A stretch of DNA of 64,000 nucleotides from Candidatus Eiseniibacteriota bacterium. GTDB lineage: Bacteria; Eisenbacteria; RBG-16-71-46; JABDJR01. A model generated the notes under the pieces. That model made no database searches, was not told the DNA's origin, and saw only the letters and a list, made by a program, of their open reading frames with translations. Position numbers and translations under genes: made by a program. This document shows, piece after piece, positions 36,163 through 45,911 of the stretch (position 1 is the first letter of the stretch; the number at the start of each line of letters is the position of its first letter). Location: positions 224,001 to 288,000 of the forward strand of contig CAVXKA010000003.1 of NCBI GenBank assembly GCA_963762255.1, given 5' to 3'.

Positions 36163-36354
36163 GTAGCATCCTCGAAGAGCTGCCAGCCGAAAGCGAGGCT
36201 GAGTTGCCAAAACAATCATAGCATCGTCACATGACTTGCCTAGACGAATTCGAGGTTGGAACAATTATAGTTTATCATATTGAGTCCGGTTGACTGTGTC
36301 CACCCGGAAATCCCGTAGAACATCGGGGACCGATGCCGGCCCAGAGAGACGACC

Positions 36355-37602
36355 ATGCACGAGAGCGACCGCTTGATCCTCCACCGGGCCCATTGGGTGC
36401 TCCCGGTGGTCATCCCGCCGATCCACGACGGCGCGGTGGCACGCCGCGGCGAAACAATCGTTGACGTGGGACCCGCCCACGACGTCCGATCGCGCCACCC
36501 CGGCGCGGAAACCGTAGACCTCGGCGAGGCGATCCTTCTCCCCGGTCTCGTGAATGCCCACACCCATCTCTCGCTGACCGCGCTCGCCGGCGCGGCGCCG
36601 CGCGGCACGGGGTTCCTGGACTGGCTCGGATACACGGCACAGGCGGCGCGAGCGCTCGACGCGGACGCGGTACGCCGATCGGTGTGCGCGGGACTCGATG
36701 AATCGTTCCGTCTCGGCACCGCGCTCGTGGGCGACATCGCCACGCGGACCGAGGGCGTCGAGGACATCCTCGCCCATCCGGTGATGCGCGCGCGGATCTT
36801 CTTCGAGTCTCTCGGAGTGAGCGAGCCGCGGGCGCGGGAGCGCCTCGACGACGCCAAGCGCCGCGCTCTCGCGCTGCGCGACGAGGCCGCGGCCCGCGGT
36901 CTCGACCGCGTGCGCGCGGGACTCTCGCCACACGCGCCGTACTCCGTGTGGCCGTCGCACTGGAGCGAGGCGGCGGCTTTCGCGCGAGCGCACGATCTCC
37001 TTTGGTCGAGCCACATCGCCGAGTCCCCCGACGAAGTCGAGTTCCTCACTCGAGGTACCGGCCCGCTCCGGGACTATCTCGTCGCGCTCGGCGTATGGGA
37101 TGGAACGTTTCCGGTGCCGGGACGGCCGGCGATCGATCTCCTCACGGATACGGCGGCCCTCGACGAACGCGCGCTTCTCGTGCACGCGATCCACCTCGAT
37201 GAGGAGGCGATCGCGCGGATCGCGGCGAGTGGGGCCTCGGTGTGTCTCTGTCCACGCAGCAATGCCTACCTGGGGCTGCCGCCTCCGCCGGTGGAGGTGC
37301 TCATGCGCCATGGGACAAAGCTCTGCCTCGGCACCGACGCCAAGGCCAGCAACGACGACCTCAGCGTGTGGGCGGAGATGCGGGCGCTGGGGAGGATCGC
37401 GCCCCACATCCCCGCGCGGCGCCTGGTGGAGATGGCCACCTCGAGCGGGGCGCGGGCGCTGGGCTTCAGCGGACTGGCTGGGACAATCCGCCCCGGCGAC
37501 CGGTCTCCTCTGCTGACGGTCAAGAGCAACGGAGATCGAGTCGATGATCCTTGTCTGTTCCTCACGCGGGAATCGGTCGAAGAAGGGGTGCTCCTCCTGT
37601 GA
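36355..37602 (+). CDS. Metal-dependent amidohydrolase (ATZ/TRZ, aminodeoxyfutalosine deaminase-like)
   Basis: PGLVNAHTHL, SPHAPYS, HIAES..E, LVHA, CPRSN and GTD..ASN motifs. Confidence 0.85.
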   Translation: MHESDRLILHRAHWVLPVVIPPIHDGAVARRGETIVDVGPAHDVRSRHPGAETVDLGEAILLPGLVNAHTHLSLTALAGAAPRGTGFLDWLGYTAQAARALDADAVRRSVCAGLDESFRLGTALVGDIATRTEGVEDILAHPVMRARIFFESLGVSEPRARERLDDAKRRALALRDEAAARGLDRVRAGLSPHAPYSVWPSHWSEAAAFARAHDLLWSSHIAESPDEVEFLTRGTGPLRDYLVALGVWDGTFPVPGRPAIDLLTDTAALDERALLVHAIHLDEEAIARIAASGASVCLCPRSNAYLGLPPPPVEVLMRHGTKLCLGTDAKASNDDLSVWAEMRALGRIAPHIPARRLVEMATSSGARALGFSGLAGTIRPGDRSPLLTVKSNGDRVDDPCLFLTRESVEEGVLLL

Positions 37603-37689
37603 GAGACCTTGCCTCGCAGTGCCGAGAGTTTGCTAGACTGAATCGCTGGATTTTCAACATGTTCAATGACTTGCGGAAGGAGTTCCCCC

Positions 37690-38865
37690 TTGCCTGAGAT
37701 CTCCCTGGTGATGCCCTGCCTCAACGAAGAGGAGACCCTCGGTATCTGCCTCGGCAAGGCTCGCGACACCATCCAAAAGCTCGGCCTCGATGCCGAGATG
37801 GTGGTGGCCGACAACGGCTCCACCGACCGCTCGGTGGAGATCGCCGAATCCTACGGCGCCCGCGTGGTGCACCAGCCGCGGAAGGGGTACGGCAACGCCT
37901 ACCAGGCCGGGTTTGCCTCCGCCCGCGGGAAGTACTTGGTGATGGGCGACTCGGACGACTCCTACGACTGGACGGATGTCGGCCGATTCATCGAACCTCT
38001 GCGCCGGGGCAACGACATGGTGATGGGGACCCGGATCAAGGGAACCATCGAGCCGGGGGCCATGCCCTTCCTGCATCGCTATCTCGGTACCCCGGTGCTG
38101 ACCGCGGTGCTCAACATCCTCTTCCGGACCGGCGTGTCCGACGTGAACTGCGGCATGCGCTCCTTCACTCGCGAGGCTTACGACCGGATGCACCTTCGCG
38201 CCTCGGGGATGGAGTTCGCCTCCGAGATGATGATCAAGGCGGGGAAGGCGCGGCTCAAGGTCGCCGAGATCCCGATCACGCTCCACAAGGACAAGCGCAC
38301 CCGCAAGCCGCACTTGCGCACCTGGCGCGACGGCTGGCGGCATTTGCGATTCATGCTCATGTACAGTCCGGCCGGACTCTTCCTCGTGCCAGGGTTCGTC
38401 CTGCTGGCGCTGGGCCTCATCCTGCTCGTCGTGCTCTATCCCGGCCCCGCGCACGTCGCCGGCCGCGAGATCGACGTGCATTCGATGCTGCTGGGAAGCC
38501 TGTTGACCATCCTCGGCGTGCAGGTCATCACGACGGGACTCTTCGCCAAGGTCTATTCCTACGAGCGTCACTTCGACGCGCAGGATCCTCTCCTGCGCGG
38601 CCTCGCCCGCCATTTCAACTTGGAGCGGGGGCTCATCCTGGGGCTGCTGATTCTCTTCGCCGGGTTCGCTCTGGACGTCGCGGTAGCCGTGCAGTGGATT
38701 CGCAGCAGCTTCGGTCCTCTCAACGCGATGCGTCAGGCGATCGTGGGGAGCACCCTGCTCGTGGTTGGGGCGCAGATCCTCTTCTCGTCGTTCTTCCTGA
38801 GCATGCTCTCGGTGCAGGTGGCCGAGCTCAAGGAGAAGCCCGCGGCGGCGATTCCTCCGTCTTGA
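37690..38865 (+). CDS. GT2 glycosyltransferase (DPM1-like) with C-terminal TM helices
   Basis: VMPCLNEE, ADNGSTD, GYGNA, GDSDDSY, GMEFASEM and LRTWRDGWRHL motifs; TTG start after AAGGAG. Confidence 0.9.
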   Translation: MPEISLVMPCLNEEETLGICLGKARDTIQKLGLDAEMVVADNGSTDRSVEIAESYGARVVHQPRKGYGNAYQAGFASARGKYLVMGDSDDSYDWTDVGRFIEPLRRGNDMVMGTRIKGTIEPGAMPFLHRYLGTPVLTAVLNILFRTGVSDVNCGMRSFTREAYDRMHLRASGMEFASEMMIKAGKARLKVAEIPITLHKDKRTRKPHLRTWRDGWRHLRFMLMYSPAGLFLVPGFVLLALGLILLVVLYPGPAHVAGREIDVHSMLLGSLLTILGVQVITTGLFAKVYSYERHFDAQDPLLRGLARHFNLERGLILGLLILFAGFALDVAVAVQWIRSSFGPLNAMRQAIVGSTLLVVGAQILFSSFFLSMLSVQVAELKEKPAAAIPPS

Positions 38866-40318
38866 TGATGCGGTAGGTCGCGGCGATCAGTCCCATGAGC
38901 ATCCAGGGGAAATACTGATAGCTCGGGTTGCGCAGGTAGTCGATCTTGTACTGGTCGAGCAGGAAGGCCGCCAACATCACGTGGAGCACCACCATGAGGC
39001 TCTTCGCGTAGGAGACTTCGTGAAGGCCCCGCCCCTTGCTGCGCGCGGACAGGTAGAGGAGCCTCAGCGCAATGAAGAGGAAGGCGCTTAGACCCAGCAA
39101 TCCCACCGTGTGTGCGTAGTAAATGTACTGGTTGTGCGGCCACAACCACGTGTGGAGGCCCTTACCGGTGATACTGCCGCTCGTGCCGAGGTCGTAGTGT
39201 GGGCCGGCGCCCACCCAGGGATGCAGCATCGCCCGCTTCCAGAGCACGCCCCAACCCACGCGGCTATCGGGGACCATCCCCACGAAGTAGGTGCTCATCA
39301 TGCGTTCCACGATGGAGCCAGCCCGAGTGAAGCTGGTGAGCACGGTTTCCAGGATTGTGAACGCCGCAACGCTCACCAGCGCGATGCTCACAAAATCCCG
39401 GAACTTCAGACTCTTCCGGATCGACCAGAGCAGGTAGAGCCCTCCGGCCACGAAGGAGATTATGGCTCCACGGGTGACGGTCGCCAGGATCATGGCCACG
39501 GCGAGGACGGACAGGACCGCTCCGAAGAACCGCTCGTTTGGCGTACGAGCCCTCACCGTTATGAAGAGGGCGAGGAAGGTCCCCAAGGCCATGAATTCGC
39601 CGAACAACTCGTAGTCCTGGAAGGGCCCGCTCACGCGGACGTTCGTCGTCATGAACTCGTCATTCCTGATCGCGAGAATCCACCCCGGAATGAGGGGGCG
39701 ACCCGGAACGATGAGCTCGAATGTCCCGATCGCGATCGAGAGTAAGAGAGTGATCGACAGGGCCTGCATGAAACGCCGCAAGTCGCTCTCATTGCGGATG
39801 AAGCTCGCGGTGAAGTAGAAGAGAATGAAGGAGCTGAGGACACCGAACACTTTCTGGATTGCGGGGAACAGGAACGCCGGATTCTCGATGTTGTAGAAGG
39901 AGAGGATGTAGCAGGCGGCGAGCGCACCGATGCCTGCATCCACCGGCGTCCGGGCGACCGGGTCCACTTGGTGGAGGACCAGGCGGGCAAGATACACGAG
40001 CGTGACCAAGCCGATCAGAACGACAGTGCTCATGCCCATGAAGAGGGAGAACGGAATAATCCAGAGTACAGCGATGAGACAAAGAGCGTATAGGGGTTTG
40101 GCCCGATAGGCAACGATGAAGAGCACCACGCCCGCCGTCGCCTTGATCACCCGAGTATTGGGGGCGATGATCTGCCCGGAGAGCAACCAGGCGAGCAAGA
40201 CCGCCAGACCGATCTTGCCCCAGGGAAGCCCGATCAACCCGCGCAGGCGCGAACCGGCGCGATCCCGCCAGGAGAGGCGGTAGCTGGCGGCTGCGTCGAT
40301 ATCGTTCCAGGAGCGCAT
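38828..40318 (-). CDS. O-antigen ligase/Wzy-like membrane protein
   Basis: About 12 TM segments; RVSGPF, TVTRGA, HPWVGAG and PHNQY..GLLG motifs. Confidence 0.85.
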   Translation of the reverse strand: MRSWNDIDAAASYRLSWRDRAGSRLRGLIGLPWGKIGLAVLLAWLLSGQIIAPNTRVIKATAGVVLFIVAYRAKPLYALCLIAVLWIIPFSLFMGMSTVVLIGLVTLVYLARLVLHQVDPVARTPVDAGIGALAACYILSFYNIENPAFLFPAIQKVFGVLSSFILFYFTASFIRNESDLRRFMQALSITLLLSIAIGTFELIVPGRPLIPGWILAIRNDEFMTTNVRVSGPFQDYELFGEFMALGTFLALFITVRARTPNERFFGAVLSVLAVAMILATVTRGAIISFVAGGLYLLWSIRKSLKFRDFVSIALVSVAAFTILETVLTSFTRAGSIVERMMSTYFVGMVPDSRVGWGVLWKRAMLHPWVGAGPHYDLGTSGSITGKGLHTWLWPHNQYIYYAHTVGLLGLSAFLFIALRLLYLSARSKGRGLHEVSYAKSLMVVLHVMLAAFLLDQYKIDYLRNPSYQYFPWMLMGLIAATYRIIKTEESPPRASP

Positions 40319-40547
40319 GTTTGAGATCCGTTCGGGTCCTTATCGGTCCCCGAGGGGACAGTCTTTACCGCACCACCCCGACAGTCAGGAAAAGCCTAGC
40401 CCCCACTGGGGTTCCAGGCAAGATCAGCCCCGATCCCCCTCCGAAGTTGCAGGATCGGGGGCCGGAGTGTACCATCCCCCAGCTTTTGCCCGCCGGGGTC
40501 TCCCCGGCGTTTTCGTGAGCGAAACAACCCTAGACTCTGGAGCAGCG

Positions 40548-41228
40548 ATGGACCCCAAGGAGCGAGCGGGCCGCAAGGCGGCTGAGTACGTGAGGGACGG
40601 GATGGTGGTGGGGCTGGGCACCGGAAGCACGGCGTCGTGGGCGGTGCGCGCCCTCGCCGAGCGCGTCAAGAGCGGTGATCTGAAAGACATCCAGTGCATC
40701 CCCACGTCGAGCCAGACGCGTCAGCTCGCCGATGAGGTGGGGCTCTCGATTCGAGGGCTCGAGGACGTCGATTGGGTCGACCTCACTATCGACGGCGCCG
40801 ACCAAGTCGATGGCAACCTCAATCTCATCAAGGGGGGCGGCGGCGCGCTCCTTCGCGAGAAGGTGGTGGCCTTCAGCTCCGGCGAGGTCATCATCGTGAT
40901 CGACGAGTCCAAGCGTACCAAGTACCTCGGGCAGGGAGTGCCGGTGCCGGTCGAGGTGATCCCGTTCGCGGAGGCGGTGGTCCGGTCGGCGCTGAAGAAC
41001 CTGGGCGCCGAGGTGGAACCCCGCATGGACGGGGACGACCCCTTCATGACCGACAACGACAACTTCATCCTCGACTGCATGTTCCATTCACCCTTCGATC
41101 CCAAGCGGATGGAGCGCGAGATCAAGCGCATTCCAGGGGTGGTTGAGAGCGGGCTCTTCTGTGAGATGACCGATCGGCTGATCGTCGGGCAGCCCAGCGG
41201 CGATCCCAAGGTCATCGACGCGGTCTGA
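40548..41228 (+). CDS. rpiA: Ribose-5-phosphate isomerase A
   Basis: GLGTGST, IDGADQVD, IKGGGGALLREK, TDNDN.ILD and PGVVESGLF motifs. Confidence 0.96.
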   Translation: MDPKERAGRKAAEYVRDGMVVGLGTGSTASWAVRALAERVKSGDLKDIQCIPTSSQTRQLADEVGLSIRGLEDVDWVDLTIDGADQVDGNLNLIKGGGGALLREKVVAFSSGEVIIVIDESKRTKYLGQGVPVPVEVIPFAEAVVRSALKNLGAEVEPRMDGDDPFMTDNDNFILDCMFHSPFDPKRMEREIKRIPGVVESGLFCEMTDRLIVGQPSGDPKVIDAV

Positions 41229-42495
41229 CGCGCCCGCCGGAGGCAGCGCCTTCCACAAGGAGTATCTGGAGGCGATCCGCCTCTTCACACGAAACGCCCG
41301 GCTGTTCCTGGCCGGGACGTTCTTTTACGGTTTCGGGGTCGGCGCCTTCTGGGTCCTCCTGAACCTCTACCTGCGGGGCCGCGGCCTCACCGATACGCAG
41401 ATCGGGCAGGTCCTCTCCTTCCAGTCGCTGGGCATGGTGCTGGTGGCGTTCCCGGCAGGTCTGGCCGCAACACGCGCCCGCCTCAAGTGGCTTCTCGTGA
41501 CTGCCACCGTAATCGCGGCCGGCGCCTACGCCGTTCTCGTGACCGCCGGCCCCTTCCCCGCGCTCCTGGTCGCCTCGGCATGTGCCGGCGGCGGATTCGT
41601 CATTCACTCCGTCGTTTCCGCCCCTTTCTTCATGCGCAACTCGAGCCCTCGCGAGCGGATGACTCTCTTCGGGGTCAACTTCGCGGTGGAGATTCTGGCG
41701 AGCGTCGTCGGGGTGGCGGGCAGCGGCTGGCTGGCCCACCGGCTCGCGGGGACCTTGGGGTCCGAGGTGGCGGGACTCCGGATCGCGCTGCTCGTGGCGG
41801 TAGGGCTTCTCTCCCTGGCTGTCATCCCCTATCTGTTCATCCGCACGCCGCACGCCGAGCCGCGGGACCGGCCGAAGTTCTCGCTGCGCAGATTCCACCA
41901 CAAGGGGCTCCTCGCCCGGCTCGCCCTTCCCGCGTTCCTGGTCGGGACCGGCGCGGGGCTCGTCATTCCGTTCCTCAACCTGTACTTTCGGGACCGCTTC
42001 GGACTCGATCCCAGCCGGATCGGCGCGATCTTCGGGGTGTCGCAGGCGCTGACCGCGCTGGGTTTCGCGGCGGGGCCGATCATGGCGAGGCGCCTCGGCA
42101 TGGTCCGCTCCATCGTCACGACCGAGCTGCTCTCCATCCCCTTCTTCGTGACGCTGGCCTTCACCCAGAATCTCCCGGTGGCGATGGTGGCGTTCTGGTT
42201 CCGCGGCGCGCTGATGAACATGAACCACCCCATCTCCCGCAATTTCGCGATGGAGATCGTGGATCACGACGAGCAACCGGTGGCCAACGCGGTCCTCGAA
42301 CTCACGTGGAACCTGGCCTGGATGGTCTCCGCGCAGGTCGGTGGTTGGGTAATCGACCGGCACGGCTTCGTCCCCCCGATGCTCGCTACGGTATGTCTTT
42401 ACTTTTCCGCCTCTATAGTTTATCTTTCTTTCTTCCGCGACACGGAGCGGAAGGTGTTCCCGCTCCGGGCCGCCGCGGAGGTGCCAAAACCCTAG
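41218..42495 (+). CDS. MFS transporter (start uncertain; first ATG at 41434)
   Basis: MFS-like TM pattern; the open frame upstream of 41434 encodes TM1 (NARLFLAGTFFYGFGVGAFWVLLNLYL) but has no ATG, GTG or TTG. Confidence 0.75.
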   Translation, partial: TRSDAPAGGSAFHKEYLEAIRLFTRNARLFLAGTFFYGFGVGAFWVLLNLYLRGRGLTDTQIGQVLSFQSLGMVLVAFPAGLAATRARLKWLLVTATVIAAGAYAVLVTAGPFPALLVASACAGGGFVIHSVVSAPFFMRNSSPRERMTLFGVNFAVEILASVVGVAGSGWLAHRLAGTLGSEVAGLRIALLVAVGLLSLAVIPYLFIRTPHAEPRDRPKFSLRRFHHKGLLARLALPAFLVGTGAGLVIPFLNLYFRDRFGLDPSRIGAIFGVSQALTALGFAAGPIMARRLGMVRSIVTTELLSIPFFVTLAFTQNLPVAMVAFWFRGALMNMNHPISRNFAMEIVDHDEQPVANAVLELTWNLAWMVSAQVGGWVIDRHGFVPPMLATVCLYFSASIVYLSFFRDTERKVFPLRAAAEVPKP

Positions 42496-42504
42496 GGGGC
42501 TTTC

Positions 42505-43023
42505 ATGCTCACAGGGCGGCGGCTGCGTCGGGGTGCCCCCTCAGCCCACCCCGGCAGGTCGCGAACCTGGGCGGGCGCGCTATTTACCTTTGTCGCGCTC
42601 GTTTCGCTCCCTGTCCTCCCCACGTACGGAAGTCGCCTGCGTTCGTGCTGGACCCAGGTGACCATGCTCCCCGACCGCGTTCGTCTCAGCGCGGACGGCG
42701 CACGGCGCGCACTTCTCGGGGAGCCCTTCCAGGTGATGGCACGCGCCCGCGATGCCATGCCCGAGGATGCGGTCATCCTCATCTCGGATGATCCCGCCGA
42801 TCGCCCGCTCTCATCGATTCTGTGGTGCGCGTACTACCTCTATCCGCGGGTGTTGGTGCAGCCCTCGACCCTGCGCGACCACCCCGAGATCACGCCGGAC
42901 TACGTGATTTTCACGCCCAGATTCTGCGGAGACCGCGTCGAAGTGCAGGGGCTGCCCCATGCGGGTTTCCTGGCGGTCTCCGAACGCGCGCGCCGCAGAG
43001 CCGAGGAGCGCCAAGCGCTGTGA
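42505..43023 (+). CDS. Hypothetical membrane-anchored protein
   Basis: One hydrophobic segment; YYLYPR motif; stop overlaps the next GTG. Confidence 0.6.
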   Translation: MLTGRRLRRGAPSAHPGRSRTWAGALFTFVALVSLPVLPTYGSRLRSCWTQVTMLPDRVRLSADGARRALLGEPFQVMARARDAMPEDAVILISDDPADRPLSSILWCAYYLYPRVLVQPSTLRDHPEITPDYVIFTPRFCGDRVEVQGLPHAGFLAVSERARRRAEERQAL

Positions 43024-44429
43024 ACGCGGTCCTCGAATGGGGGGGGCCGGCCGCGTATTGGGGAGCGATCGCGTGGGGAGGTTGGGGCATCCTGCGCGGG
43101 CTTGGCCTCGTTCGCTGCCGAGCCGGGGATTGGGGGACCGCGTTCCTCGTCGGGTTTGCCGTGTCGATGTCGCTCGTCTACCTCGCGGCCCTGGCCGGTG
43201 CGCCCATCGCGGCGCCTCTCCTGATCGGCGCAGCGGCGGTGACGTTGGGGCTGGGCCTGGCCCTCGGAAGGCGTCGCCCGCTCCCCCGAGAACCGGTGCC
43301 TCCGTGGACGATGGCGGAGCGCGTGTTGCTCGTTGGATTCGTGGTCTATTGCATCGTCGTGATTCAGAGCGCGCTCTACTTCCCGACCACCGCCATGGAC
43401 GCCCACTCCTACGATGGGCGGGCGCAGTTCCTGCTCCGCGATCATCGACTCGATCTCGGGCTCTACCACTGGCCGGGAGGGCCGGTCACCGCGCAGACCA
43501 ACATCTCGTACCCGCCCCTCATGAGCCTGGCATTTGCCAGCGTCTACGCCCTGGGAGGCTGGCAGCCGGACCTGGTCACTGCGGGGTTCGCTCTGGCTTG
43601 GCCGCTCACGATCTACGGCGCCTTGCGCCAACGCATCCCCCGCTTTGCCGCGCTGGCGTGGACGCTCTTCCTCGCGCTGACCCCGGAGATCTTCTCCCAC
43701 GCCGCCAACGCGCTCCTCAACCTCCCGGCCATGGCGCTGGCCGGCGTCGAGGCCATCGCGCTCGCTCGCTTTCTCGGCAGCGGCGAGCGTCGCTGGTTGC
43801 TGCTTGCCGGAATCGTGGCGGCGGGGGCGGCGGGCGTGCGACCGGATGCGCCGCTGGTGCATGCCGCGCTGTGGGCTGTCGCGTTGGGCTTCTCACTGTC
43901 CGATCCGGTCCGGCGCGCTTCCATCGGCCGCTGGTTCCCGATGTTCCTCGCGGCCGGAGCCGCCCCCGCCGTGACCTGGGGCAGTTGGGCGCTCTATCTT
44001 CGCTACGCCATCGGGCTGAGTTCGATGGTGCCGATGGGCGGCGGCGAGAGTATCGGGGTGGCGCCGGTCCTCGAGGCCACCGGGCGTTCCCTCTTCCGCT
44101 GGAGCCTTTTCGGCGCGACGTTCTTCGCCTGGGCGGTCACTCTGCCCTTCCTGGTGCTGCGGCCCAGGGCCGGTCGGGAGGCGCGCTTCTTTCATGGGAC
44201 CGCCTTCGCCGTTCTCGGCGCGCTCGTCGCCGCCTTCAGCCTCATCGACCCCCGATATGGCGGCGGCGTCCAGGATGTGCTGAGCATGTCGTTCAAGCGT
44301 GCGCTCTTCTATCTGGTGCCGCTGGTGGGTCTCGCGTCGGCCCTTTCCCCGCCCTGGCGGCAGCTCGCCCGGCACGGCTTCCGCTGGGTCCATGCGGAGC
44401 GGGTGCCTAAGTCCTCGGAAAACGCCTAG
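43020..44429 (+). CDS. Polytopic membrane protein, probable GT-C (PMT/ArnT-like) glycosyltransferase
   Basis: More than 10 TM segments; periplasmic loop MDAHSYDGRA...SYPPL; GTGA coupling to the upstream gene. Confidence 0.6.
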   Translation: MNAVLEWGGPAAYWGAIAWGGWGILRGLGLVRCRAGDWGTAFLVGFAVSMSLVYLAALAGAPIAAPLLIGAAAVTLGLGLALGRRRPLPREPVPPWTMAERVLLVGFVVYCIVVIQSALYFPTTAMDAHSYDGRAQFLLRDHRLDLGLYHWPGGPVTAQTNISYPPLMSLAFASVYALGGWQPDLVTAGFALAWPLTIYGALRQRIPRFAALAWTLFLALTPEIFSHAANALLNLPAMALAGVEAIALARFLGSGERRWLLLAGIVAAGAAGVRPDAPLVHAALWAVALGFSLSDPVRRASIGRWFPMFLAAGAAPAVTWGSWALYLRYAIGLSSMVPMGGGESIGVAPVLEATGRSLFRWSLFGATFFAWAVTLPFLVLRPRAGREARFFHGTAFAVLGALVAAFSLIDPRYGGGVQDVLSMSFKRALFYLVPLVGLASALSPPWRQLARHGFRWVHAERVPKSSENA

Positions 44430-44468
44430 ACTATTCCCCCCGTGAGCCCATTCCATCCAGGACCGCCC

Positions 44469-45911
44469 ATGACCGCGAACGCGTATCCCGTTTCCAAGGG
44501 AGAAACGGTCGAACTGCGCGTCGAGCGGCTGGCGTTCGGCGGTCAGGGTGTGGCCCGCATCGACGGGTACACCGTCTTCGTGCCCGGCAGTCTCCCGGGA
44601 CAGCGCATCGAAGCCACCGTGCTCAGGCGCAAGCGGGCTTACGCCGAGGCGCGCCTCGACCGCGTGCTCGAGCCCGGCCCGTGTCAAGTGGAGCCGCGCT
44701 GCGAGCACTTCGGTCTCTGCGGCGGGTGCGCCCTGCAGCACTTCAATCACGAGGCGCAGCTCGAGACCAAGCGCGAGCAGGTGCGGGAGTGCCTGGTGCG
44801 CCTGGGGGGACTGACCGAGGCCGAGGTGGAGCCGACCCTCCCTTCGCCGTCGGTGTACGAGTACCGGAACAAGATGGAATTCTCCTTCGGCGATCGCTGG
44901 CGCGATCGAGAGGAGATGACGGAGGACGCCGCCGAGTCGGATCGCTTCGGCCTGGGTCTTCACGTCCGCCGGCGCTTCGACCGCGTGGTCAACATCTCGC
45001 GGTGCCACTTGATCAGCACGGAGGTCTCGGCGCTGGTGGCCGCGGCCCGCGAAGCGGCGAGAACGAGCGGGCTCCCCCCCTGCTCCACGCGAACCCACGA
45101 GGGATTCTGGCGCTTCATGGTGGTGCGCGAGGGGGCGCACACCGGGGACCGGATGGTCAACGTGATCACCTGCTCCGCCGCTTCGGGCTCCGCTGGCGCG
45201 CGCGCGGTGGAGCGCGTCGCCGAGGCGCTGCGCGCTTGCGGCCCGCGGGTCACGAGCCTCCTTCACGGCACCACGGACCGCCTCTCCGCGGTAGCCATCT
45301 GCGACCAGGTGCGCACCCTGGCCGGAGAGCCGGTCATCCGGGACCGGATCCTGGATCTCACCTTCGAGATCGGGCCCAACACGTTCTTTCAGACCAACAC
45401 GCGAGGCGCGGAGGCGCTCTTCACCGAAGCCATCGCGCGCGGACACTTCACCGAGAACGACACGGTGTGGGATCTCTACAGCGGGGTGGGCGCTCTCACG
45501 CTCCCCGTGGCCCGACGCGCGAGGCGGGTCGTCGGGATGGAGCTTCTACCCGAATCGGTGGCGGCCGCCCGGCGTAACGCCGCGATGAACGGGATCGAGA
45601 ACGCGGAGTTCTTCGCCGGGGACATCCGCGCGCTTCTCGCCGATCCCGGGCTCCGGGGCAGCCTCCGCCCCGACGTCGTGATGCTGGATCCGCCGCGAGA
45701 CGGCGTGCACCCCGACGTCGCCGGCGCGCTCATCGATCTCGCGCCGGCGCGCATCGTCTACGTCTCGTGCAACCCGGCCACGCTGGCCCGCGATCTCGCT
45801 CTTCTGACCGCCGCCGGGTACCGGCTCGACCCGGTTCGGCCCGTCGACATGTTCCCTCACACGGCGCACATCGAGTGCGTCGCCTCGCTCGCGTGGGCCG
45901 GCGCCCGATGA
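44469..45911 (+). CDS. rlmD: 23S rRNA (uracil-1939-C5)-methyltransferase
   Basis: TRAM domain; CEHFGLCGGC Fe-S motif; YRNKMEF, FFQTN, DLYSGVG, DPPRDG, YVSCNPATLARD and DMFPHT.H.E motifs. Confidence 0.93.
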   Translation: MTANAYPVSKGETVELRVERLAFGGQGVARIDGYTVFVPGSLPGQRIEATVLRRKRAYAEARLDRVLEPGPCQVEPRCEHFGLCGGCALQHFNHEAQLETKREQVRECLVRLGGLTEAEVEPTLPSPSVYEYRNKMEFSFGDRWRDREEMTEDAAESDRFGLGLHVRRRFDRVVNISRCHLISTEVSALVAAAREAARTSGLPPCSTRTHEGFWRFMVVREGAHTGDRMVNVITCSAASGSAGARAVERVAEALRACGPRVTSLLHGTTDRLSAVAICDQVRTLAGEPVIRDRILDLTFEIGPNTFFQTNTRGAEALFTEAIARGHFTENDTVWDLYSGVGALTLPVARRARRVVGMELLPESVAAARRNAAMNGIENAEFFAGDIRALLADPGLRGSLRPDVVMLDPPRDGVHPDVAGALIDLAPARIVYVSCNPATLARDLALLTAAGYRLDPVRPVDMFPHTAHIECVASLAWAGAR

